Part shown: positions 8,409 to 14,967 of the stretch, one piece after another
How positions within the stretch are numbered: the stretch's first letter is position 1
Layout: every line of letters begins with the position of its first letter
From: Elusimicrobiota bacterium
GTDB taxonomy: Bacteria > CG03 > SLGR01 > JBDRKX01
DNA length: 15,102 nt
NCBI GenBank assembly: GCA_043813605.1
Contig: JBDRKX010000065.1
Coordinates: 1 to 15,102, forward strand
Direction of reading: 5' to 3'
Notes under the pieces: generated by a model
What the model was told of the DNA's origin: nothing
The model's input: only the letters and a program-made list of their open reading frames with translations
Database searches by the model: none
Position numbers and translations under genes: made by a program

Positions 8409-8503
8409 AGGTCATCTGGAAAAAACTTTTTCCAGACCTTTTGCTGGCCAGGGCTAACCGTTTGCACCATAAAACATTATCATTAAGGAACTATCAAATC
8501 CTA

Positions 8504-8579
8504 TGGTGGAGATGAGGGGATTCGAACCCCTGGCCTGTACGTTGCGAACGTACCGCTCTCCCAGCTGAGCTACATCCCC
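8504..8579 (-). tRNA. tRNA-Ala (CGC)
   Basis: GGGGATG-TAGCTCAGCTGGGAGAGC-G-GTACG-TT-CGC-AA-CGTAC-AGGCC-AGGGG-TTCGAAT-CCCCT-CATCTCC-A-CCA; G3:U70 pair; 76 nt. Confidence 0.97.
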
Positions 8580-8765
8580 ACACATCTTAATCTTCAACTT
8601 TTTTCTTAAAATAAAACCAGACCCGGTTAGCTGAAACCAGTTCCCAACCGTCTCCCCCATATTCATTTAATATTCTTGTCGTTCTTTGGGCCCCGCCAAG
8701 TATAAGTACACACTTATATTGATATTTATCCATTTTCTGTTTTTTCTAAAAATTCAATTAGTTTA

Positions 8766-8834
8766 TGGCGGAGCCTTTCAAACTATGTTAGAACCTTCGC
8801 CAAGAACGATTATATAAAATTTAACTGTGAATAA
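8766..8834 (+). pseudogene. Orphan recombinase-like C-terminal tail / att junction, copy 1
   Basis: Reads WRSLSNYVRTFAKNDYIKFNCE* with no in-frame ATG/GTG/TTG back to the TAA at 8703. Homologous to 14963-15031. Confidence 0.5.
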
Positions 8835-9082
8835 TCAAAATTAACTGCCCCGCCCCACCCCTCGAACTCCCACCCCTCCCCGAAAATATCGCAGGTTACG
8901 GACACTTTCAGCGTCCTTCACACTGCTCTTTTTTCCCACCTATTTTATCTTTTCAAAGAACGTATATTATTTGTAAAGAACTTTCCTGACTGTTGTTATT
9001 AATTAACCTCAAAAAGCTTATGAATAAATGAGCCCACTTTTATTGGTAACTGCATAATTGCAGTTTCATAAACCAGATAGAA

Positions 9083-9268
9083 TTAAGATTTCCCATACTT
9101 AATCCAAAGTTTCTCATGGACACAATATAATATCGCGGCTATTGTGTGAAACGAGATAGTAATAAAAATAGATTTTTCTTTGGCTTTTTCGTAAGTATTC
9201 CATAAATTAAGGTGAGACCGGTGGTCGACTAATCGGCGGTTATCGGTTGAGTTGAAGAATAAGTACAA
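9083..9268 (-). pseudogene. Possible degraded DUF2061-like small membrane protein
   Basis: The C-terminal IAAILYCVHEKLW resembles the DUF2061 motif ILYYxHERxW. A hydrophobic segment TTGLTLIYGILT occurs in a shifted frame upstream. Confidence 0.35.
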
Positions 9269-9284
9269 ATATTATATACTTATT
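9252..9284 (+). promoter_or_regulatory. Putative sigma70 promoter of the RHH gene with overlapping operator palindrome
   Basis: TTGAAG (9252-9257), 17 nt, TATACT (9275-9280). Perfect inverted repeat AATAAGTA (9258-9265)-N11-TACTTATT (9277-9284). Confidence 0.55.
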
Positions 9285-9319
9285 GTAGTTAAAACAATAT
9301 AATTAATTGAAGGATAATT

Positions 9320-9532
9320 ATGCCTAATAAAGCCACAATCAAAATACCAAAAACTTTATATGAATCATTAAAAAAACAAATTGAAGGCACAGGCTTCAGT
9401 TCAGTAACCGACTTTATTGTATATGTGATGAGAGACATAGCAACAAGCGGCAGCCTTAATGAAGACCCATCCTTAACAAAAAAAGAAATAGATCAGATAA
9501 GAAAAAGACTTGAGAAATTAGGCTACATTTAA
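9320..9532 (+). CDS. CopG/ribbon-helix-helix family regulator with C-terminal RLxxLGY motif
   Basis: 70 aa; TIKIPKTLYESLKKQIEGTGFSSVTDFIVYVMR fits the RHH pattern; ends IRKRLEKLGYI; RBS GAAGGA. Confidence 0.85.
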   Translation: MPNKATIKIPKTLYESLKKQIEGTGFSSVTDFIVYVMRDIATSGSLNEDPSLTKKEIDQIRKRLEKLGYI

Positions 9533-9721
9533 AATAAAGAATTATATATCCATATGCAACACCATTGAACCCTGCTCAATAGCGCCTTTAAATTGTAACA
9601 ATTATCATTTCCACGAATATTAACCGTAAAAATTGACCTGAGTTTCAACGCTAATTAATCCTACCCTTCTAAATTAATAGTCGACATTTTCTATTTATAT
9701 CCGTATTACTTACTGTAACCA

Positions 9722-9750
9722 TTGACATTAATGGTACTTTAAGTTATACT
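9722..9750 (+). promoter_or_regulatory. Near-consensus sigma70 promoter of the barrel-ABC operon
   Basis: TTGACA (9722-9727), 17 nt, TATACT (9745-9750). Confidence 0.7.
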
Positions 9751-9793
9751 TAATGTAGGTTTTATAGTACTACTTATTGGGGGCAAATACATT

Positions 9794-10450
9794 ATGCTAA
9801 GTGCTATATCGAGCATTAAATGCGTTACCGCAATTTTTTTAATTCTGCACATTACCCATAGTATTGTAATGTGCAACGAATGCGAATATTGGGCAAAATT
9901 TGATTTGCAAATAAAAATCAATAATAAAGTGTCATTTTCAGTAAAACCGCAATCCCGTTTGAATGATAATATGTCCCGGTATTACTATAACAGGAATGAT
10001 ATAGGATTTATATTAAATATAAGTAATTATCTTGATCTTAATGCGTATTATACTGACAAAAGAAAAAAAAGCGGCAATATTTGGTACAGCGAAAACCTCA
10101 CCTGTATGGATGCCGAATTTAAGTGGAAAATACAAAAGTTTAACTTCAGTTGCCGTAACCGCCTTGAGTATAGTGTTGATAATAAAAGCTCCGTATTTAG
10201 AAGCAGGATAAAATTAAAAAGAAAGTTGCATGTTGCCGGATATAGCATTGCTCCCTATTTTGAAGAAGAGATTTTTTATAATTTTGAAACAAAGAATATA
10301 AAAGAAAACAGGGTCTCTCTAGGATTAAGCAAAAATATATATAAACCTATCGGCCTGGAAGTATTTTATCTGCTTGACAGCAAAAAAAGCACAGATAATT
10401 GGAACAATATAAATATTTTTGGCACCAATTTGAAGTTAAATTTTAAATAG
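9794..10450 (+). CDS. DUF2490-like outer-membrane beta-barrel protein
   Basis: Signal-like hydrophobic N-terminus and alternating beta pattern. RNRLEY...FRSRIKL...PYFEEEIFYNF...ENRVSLG are typical DUF2490 motifs; C-terminal LKLNFK. Confidence 0.7.
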   Translation: MLSAISSIKCVTAIFLILHITHSIVMCNECEYWAKFDLQIKINNKVSFSVKPQSRLNDNMSRYYYNRNDIGFILNISNYLDLNAYYTDKRKKSGNIWYSENLTCMDAEFKWKIQKFNFSCRNRLEYSVDNKSSVFRSRIKLKRKLHVAGYSIAPYFEEEIFYNFETKNIKENRVSLGLSKNIYKPIGLEVFYLLDSKKSTDNWNNINIFGTNLKLNFK

Positions 10451-10461
10451 GAGGAATAATT

Positions 10462-11484
10462 ATGAGATTAAAAACAAGACTATTGTTACTTTTGGTGTTT
10501 GGTCTTGTCGGATGTGGTAAAAATACATCTGAAAAAAACTTTACCATAAGAGCATGGCATTTCCCTGATATTGTCCACTCCGCTGCAATGGTTGGTAAAG
10601 CCAGGGGAATATATAAGGAGAAACTTGGTCCAGATATTGATATTAACTGGAAAATATTTAATGCAGGGCCTTCGGCCATCGAAGCATTATTCGCCGGAGA
10701 AATAGACATAGGGTATATCGGCCCCAATCCTGCTGTGAACGGATACATAAAATCAAACGGCCTGGCGCTTAGAATTGTGTGCGGAGCTTCCAGCGGAGGA
10801 GCAGGACTGGTCGTGAGGAAAGATTCTGGAATTTCCGAAATAAAGGATTTAAAAGATAAAAGAATTGCAACACCGCAACTTGGAAACACTCAGGATGTCG
10901 CATGTCGCGCATGGCTTAAAAAGCAGGGTTTTGAGATATCTGAAAAAGGCGGCACTGTTACCGTGATCCCTATAAGAAATCCTGATCAGCTTACTCTTTT
11001 TTTAAAAAAGGAAATTGACGGTGCTTGGACAAAAGAACCGTGGGTTGCCCGCCTTATAAAAGAGGGTAACGGCAAGTTGTTTCTTGATGAAAGATCCGTA
11101 TGGCCTAACGGGAAATTCGTTACAGCGCATATGATAGTTAGAAAAGAATTTCTGGACAAGCACCCTGACCTTGTGAAAAAATGGATTACCGCCCATATCG
11201 AGATAACTGAATGGATAAATGAAAATCCGGAAGAAGCTAAAACAGTCGTTCAGAATGAAGTAAAAACCATTACAGGAAAAGAACTTCCGAAAGATGTATT
11301 AGACGATGCCTTCTCTAGAACAACTATCACATATGACCCGATCAGGAGTTCGCTTATGACTTCTGCAGGCTGGGCCTACGAAGCAGGTTTCTTAGGAGAT
11401 ACAGCACCCGACCTTGCGGGTATTTATGATTTATCAATTTTAAATATAGTCCTGAAAAATAAAGGACTGGAGGAAATAAGATAA
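10462..11484 (+). CDS. ABC transporter substrate-binding lipoprotein, SsuA/NitT/TauT (aliphatic sulfonate-like) family
   Basis: Lipobox LVGC; FNAGPSAIEALFAGEIDIGYIGPNPAVNG; IATPQLGNTQDVA; EPW; RBS GGAGG. Confidence 0.88.
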   Translation: MRLKTRLLLLLVFGLVGCGKNTSEKNFTIRAWHFPDIVHSAAMVGKARGIYKEKLGPDIDINWKIFNAGPSAIEALFAGEIDIGYIGPNPAVNGYIKSNGLALRIVCGASSGGAGLVVRKDSGISEIKDLKDKRIATPQLGNTQDVACRAWLKKQGFEISEKGGTVTVIPIRNPDQLTLFLKKEIDGAWTKEPWVARLIKEGNGKLFLDERSVWPNGKFVTAHMIVRKEFLDKHPDLVKKWITAHIEITEWINENPEEAKTVVQNEVKTITGKELPKDVLDDAFSRTTITYDPIRSSLMTSAGWAYEAGFLGDTAPDLAGIYDLSILNIVLKNKGLEEIR

Positions 11485-12267
11485 ATGGAACTTGTATTAA
11501 AGAATATATCAAAGATATTTTGCTCCAAAGAATCCAGCATCAAAGCTTTGGACAATATCAACCTTGATGTAAAAAAAGGGGAATTTGTCTGCCTGCTGGG
11601 ACCGTCAGGATGCGGCAAATCAACGGCGCTTAATATCATATCCGGTTTAGAAAAACCGGATAATAACGGATACATAGCAGTTGAAGGAAAACCGATTAAT
11701 GGACCGGGGCCGGACAGGGTTGTAATTTTCCAGGAGGATGCGCTTTTTCCCTGGATGAATGTTATACATAATGTAGAATTCGGACTCAAAAATAAATATT
11801 TTCCAAAAGAAAAGATCAGACCATTGGCGGAAGAATTTCTGACAATGGTTAATTTGCTGAAGTTTAAAAATGCATATATTCATACACTTTCGGGCGGAAT
11901 GAAGCAAAGAGTCGCTTTAGCAAGAGCCCTGGTATTAAACCCTAAAATACTTCTTATGGATGAGCCATTCAGTTCCCTTGACGCGCAGACAAGGGAAATA
12001 CTGCAGGATCTAGTTCAGAAAATATGGATGATTACAGGCAAAACAGTAATATTTGTGACTCACAATATAAGAGAAGCGGCCTTCTTCGGAGACAGGGTTG
12101 TGGTCTTTACAGCCAGTCCGGGAAGGATAAAAAAAGAGTTTAAAATTGACCTGCCAAGACCGAGAAAAATAAATGATCTAAGCTTCATTGGAATTACAAA
12201 CAGCATCAGACAGGAAATAAAAGATGAAATAGAGCATGTCATGAAAGAAGAGATCGATAATGAGTAA
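11485..12267 (+). CDS. ABC transporter ATP-binding protein, SsuB/NitT/TauT family
   Basis: GPSGCGKST, FQEDALFPW, LSGGMKQR, LLMDEPF, VTH. Confidence 0.95.
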   Translation: MELVLKNISKIFCSKESSIKALDNINLDVKKGEFVCLLGPSGCGKSTALNIISGLEKPDNNGYIAVEGKPINGPGPDRVVIFQEDALFPWMNVIHNVEFGLKNKYFPKEKIRPLAEEFLTMVNLLKFKNAYIHTLSGGMKQRVALARALVLNPKILLMDEPFSSLDAQTREILQDLVQKIWMITGKTVIFVTHNIREAAFFGDRVVVFTASPGRIKKEFKIDLPRPRKINDLSFIGITNSIRQEIKDEIEHVMKEEIDNE

Positions 12268-13021
12268 AAAAATTAGAAATATATTATTTTATATTTTAAT
12301 CGTAATTTTATGGGAAACTTTATTCAGGGCAAACCTATGGCCGGAATATTTATTCCCTTCACCGCTCGGAGTTTTTCAAACACTTATTAAAGGAATTCTA
12401 AACAAGACATTTCTTATCGGGATAATGGTCAGTTTTAAAAGAATTCTTTTGGGCTATTCCATATCCTTAATAGCAGGGATAACAATTGGGCTACTGCTCA
12501 GTGGCGTAAAAATACTTGATGAAACAGCAGGGCCGCTTCTTTTAGGAATGAGGACGCTGCCAAGCATATGCTGGCTTCCTCTGGGCCTTTTGTGGTTTGG
12601 ACTTAATGAGCGAGCCATATTATTTGTCGTAGTTATGGGAGCATCTTTTTCTATCGCACTTGCGACAGACGATGGCATTAAAAATATTCCGCCAATTTAT
12701 TTTAAAGTTTCTTCAACAATGGGAGCATCGGGCATGCGGAGATATTTTACTGTAATACTTCCCGCAGCACTTCCCTCAATAGTAACCGGCATGAAACTGG
12801 GCTGGGCATTTGCCTGGCGTTCCCTTATGGCAGGAGAGATGCTATTTGTAAGCTTGGGCCTTGGACATTTATTAATGATGGGCAGAGAACTCAATGACAT
12901 AAAACAGGTAATCGCTGTAATGATTGTAATTGTTCTAATAGGAATAACAGTAGACAGGGTATTATTGGGCTGGCTTGAAACTAGTATAAGAAAACGATGG
13001 GGCCTGATAAGATTTTCATAA
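12260..13021 (+). CDS. ABC transporter permease, SsuC/NitT/TauT family
   Basis: FPSP, RTLPSICWLPL, EAA-like loop TMGASG...VILPAALPSIVTG, AWRSLMAGE, GLG; multiple TM helices. Confidence 0.93.
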   Translation: MSKKIRNILFYILIVILWETLFRANLWPEYLFPSPLGVFQTLIKGILNKTFLIGIMVSFKRILLGYSISLIAGITIGLLLSGVKILDETAGPLLLGMRTLPSICWLPLGLLWFGLNERAILFVVVMGASFSIALATDDGIKNIPPIYFKVSSTMGASGMRRYFTVILPAALPSIVTGMKLGWAFAWRSLMAGEMLFVSLGLGHLLMMGRELNDIKQVIAVMIVIVLIGITVDRVLLGWLETSIRKRWGLIRFS

Positions 13022-13048
13022 TATCTCTAATGAAATTTGCTAAAAATT

Positions 13049-13065
13049 GTTTGAAAGGCTCCGCC
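13049..13065 (-). repeat. Inverted copy of the island left-end sequence
   Basis: GTTTGAAAGGCTCCGCC is the exact reverse complement of GGCGGAGCCTTTCAAAC (8767-8783). Confidence 0.9.
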
Positions 13066-13080
13066 GCGCCTGCCAAAGCG

Positions 13081-13170
13081 TGGCGGAGAGGCAGGGATTC
13101 GAACCCTGGGACCCCGTTAGGAGTCACACGCTTTCCAAGCGTGCCGATTAAACCGCTCTCGCACCTCTCC
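13081..13170 (-). tRNA. tRNA-Ser (GGA)
   Basis: GGAGAGG-TGCGAGAGCGGTTTAATCGG-CACGC-TT-GGA-AA-GCGTG, long variable arm GACTCC-TAAC-GGGGTC, CAGGG-TTCGAAT-CCCTG-CCTCTCC-G-CCA; 90 nt. Confidence 0.97.
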
Positions 13171-13183
13171 GCATAATTGAAGA

Positions 13184-13211
13184 ATTATACTTTTTAACAG
13201 GCCTATTTCAA
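13184..13211 (-). promoter_or_regulatory. Putative promoter of tRNA-Ser, overlapping the end of the upstream CDS
   Basis: Minus strand TTGAAA (13211-13206), 16 nt, TATAAT (13189-13184). Confidence 0.55.
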
Positions 13212-14711
13212 ACCTATTTTGATATTTCCTGAATCTCCGTAAATCCTCAGGCCTATCTCTTTCCCGTATAATCTTGGGTACAGAACAAAATTCGTCCCCC
13301 CTGCCCATTCATAGTATCCCTTCCCTTCGCCCTCTATATCTCCGCCTGTGGCTTTTATAGTATCCAATTTCAATTTTTTTTCATCGGCCACCATTTCGAC
13401 TGTGACCTTTTCTATATGAAACCTGTCCTTCTTGTTGCCGGTGACCTTCCGGTAAAAATCAGAAAGTCCCTTTAAATTCCTGAGTTCCAATCCCTGTATC
13501 TCAGATTTACCGGAAAACTCGATATCTTTATAGCTTGTTTTCAGTTTTCCCTTTATACTCAGGTCTCCCTCGCTTATATGTTTCTTCAAGAACTCAAGTT
13601 TTTTTGCCAGCTGTTTCAGATCTATAGACTCTGCTACTATGTTAAGATCTATATCCTCTTTACTTATTATCGTGCCCGTGCCGGAGACTGTGGCCCCGAA
13701 AAGTTCGACAAGATACCAGTTAATATCAAAATAGGCTGTCCTGTAGATAAAACCGCCCTGTAGACGGAATTTTTCTCCGTCTGCATTTTTATGAAGATCT
13801 CGGTAATTCACTTCACAGTACGATAAATCCAATAACCAATCGAGATGCAATTCTCCAACGGGGCCTTTTATTTCCCCTTTAAGTATCGGCGTACCCACTA
13901 ATTCAATTGCTTTTGGAAGAAATTCGTTCGGAAAATCACTGAACTCATATTTCAGATCTGCTTTCGGAGCAGTCAGCATGTCTTCTACAGACCCTTTTAC
14001 AGACACTTCACCGCCATACCCTTTAATTGTAATATCATTGATCTGAGCCACATTCCTTATAACATCAATAATTCCTGAGCCTTCTAAAGAATTCAGTTTT
14101 GATTTATCAAACATACACTTGACATCAAGTTTCACTGTTCTGTCCTTCAGGCTCCTTACCCGCAAATTAAGCCCGCTCGTAAATGTTTCCGGGAATGCCG
14201 GCCACAGCAGGTTTACAGAACCATCCGAGATCTCAAGTGTGTCTACCTCAAAAAACATACCCTGCGCTATAAGCAGCATGTTCACTTTATGCCTGAATAA
14301 TGCAGTAAAATCTATCTTGGGAAAATGCGTCATATTTATCCTGGGAGAACTCAGTTCGATCTTCTTGAAAATTATCTTCTTTTTGAAAAGCGGCATTATC
14401 CTGAATCTCACTTTCACTTCCCTGCATGATACATAGTACTGAAATCTTTCTTTATGGATACTTCCTTCCCTGAAATCTATCTTGAGATTCTTAAGAACAA
14501 GTTTCCCCAGTTTCAACTGAGCATCTTCGAGCACGACTTTTCTGTCAAGCGTTTTTGAAATAAGATGTTCTGTCGTAGCCCGGAGTCTTACGGGCGATGT
14601 GAATATTTTGAATGCAAAATAGAATCCTACTGCAGAAATAAGCGCAATAGCTGCAATTATAAACGCTATTTTTTTTATACCTTTTACTATTGTTTCTTTA
14701 TTGATTTTCAT
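13203..14711 (-). CDS. AsmA-family / AsmA-like envelope protein
   Basis: Single N-terminal TM helix, then LISKTLDRKVVL..., VRFRIMPLFKKKIIFKKIELSSPRIN, LEISDGSV and a beta-taco-like Gly-rich repeat pattern. Confidence 0.7.
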   Translation of the reverse strand: MKINKETIVKGIKKIAFIIAAIALISAVGFYFAFKIFTSPVRLRATTEHLISKTLDRKVVLEDAQLKLGKLVLKNLKIDFREGSIHKERFQYYVSCREVKVRFRIMPLFKKKIIFKKIELSSPRINMTHFPKIDFTALFRHKVNMLLIAQGMFFEVDTLEISDGSVNLLWPAFPETFTSGLNLRVRSLKDRTVKLDVKCMFDKSKLNSLEGSGIIDVIRNVAQINDITIKGYGGEVSVKGSVEDMLTAPKADLKYEFSDFPNEFLPKAIELVGTPILKGEIKGPVGELHLDWLLDLSYCEVNYRDLHKNADGEKFRLQGGFIYRTAYFDINWYLVELFGATVSGTGTIISKEDIDLNIVAESIDLKQLAKKLEFLKKHISEGDLSIKGKLKTSYKDIEFSGKSEIQGLELRNLKGLSDFYRKVTGNKKDRFHIEKVTVEMVADEKKLKLDTIKATGGDIEGEGKGYYEWAGGTNFVLYPRLYGKEIGLRIYGDSGNIKIGLK

Positions 14712-14755
14712 CCGCTATCTTAATATTCAGCGTCAACTCTCTGCCGGCATTTTTT

Positions 14756-14967
14756 ACAAAAACCGGTATCCCTTTAAATCTGGCGAAAGGGCAAATACCC
14801 GAATCCCCGGTTGTCACTCATCGCTCCTCAAGGGGGCTGTAGCCCCCTATGACGCTCGCTGTACCCCCACCCCAAGATTGGAAAAATCCTTTTTCCAGAC
14901 CTTTTGTGCACCGGGGCACTTCTAACATTTTTTTTTGACAAGAACCAGTATCCATTTCAATCTGGCG
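14756..14967. repeat. tRNA-linked structured mini-element, copy B (182-bp period) bounded by 30-bp direct repeats
   Basis: 14756-14785 vs 14938-14967 match at 26/30 positions. Degenerate tRNA-Ser-like 3' end at 14781-14810. Closing inverted repeat CCCCGGT (14805-14811)/ACCGGGG (14910-14916). The 18-mer shared with copy A is at 14889-14906. Confidence 0.65.

Larger units (their letters stand above)
8316..8503. repeat. tRNA-linked structured mini-element, copy A (188 bp)
   Basis: Shares architecture and the exact 18-mer CTTTTTCCAGACCTTTTG (8426-8443) with 14781-14962. Closing inverted repeat CCCTGGCC (8340-8347)/GGCCAGGG (8446-8453). Confidence 0.7.
8766..13088. mobile_element. Putative genomic island at the tRNA-Ser 3' end, no recombinase retained
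   Basis: Direct repeat TGGCGGAG at 8766-8773 and 13081-13088 (tRNA-Ser 3' end). Perfect 17-bp inverted repeat at 8767-8783/13049-13065. Accessory cargo, with a visibly AT-rich left half. Confidence 0.6.

Noticed and set aside
8316..8470. tmRNA or SRP RNA (ffs, often near dnaX)
   Set aside because: Far too short for tmRNA, with no tag ORF. I found no SRP domain IV motif (CAGG..GGAAG..AGCAG) here or at 14780-14930.
8316..8536. CRISPR array from the 33-bp direct repeat
   Set aside because: Only two copies, 155-bp spacing, the repeat is tRNA sequence, and there are no cas genes.
8230..8666. ORFs 8230-8457, 8315-8515 and 8454-8666
   Set aside because: They translate tRNA or repeat sequence (e.g. 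MVEMRGFEP, GDVAQLGER), typical tRNA-shadow artefacts.
9739..12900. Minus-strand ORFs across the barrel/ABC operon
   Set aside because: Antisense shadows of well-supported genes.
13117..13308. 63-aa ORF overlapping the AsmA-like gene end and tRNA-Ser
   Set aside because: Overlaps a real CDS in another frame and the tRNA; no coding evidence.
14781..14880. Functional tRNA in mini-element B
   Set aside because: The T-loop and T-stem are degenerate, acceptor pairing is poor, and there is no anticodon arm.
14701..14925. 74-aa ORF sharing a K.FF..F-like stretch with ORFs near 8420
   Set aside because: The similarity comes from the shared nucleotide hairpin of the repeat family; conservation is structural, not coding.
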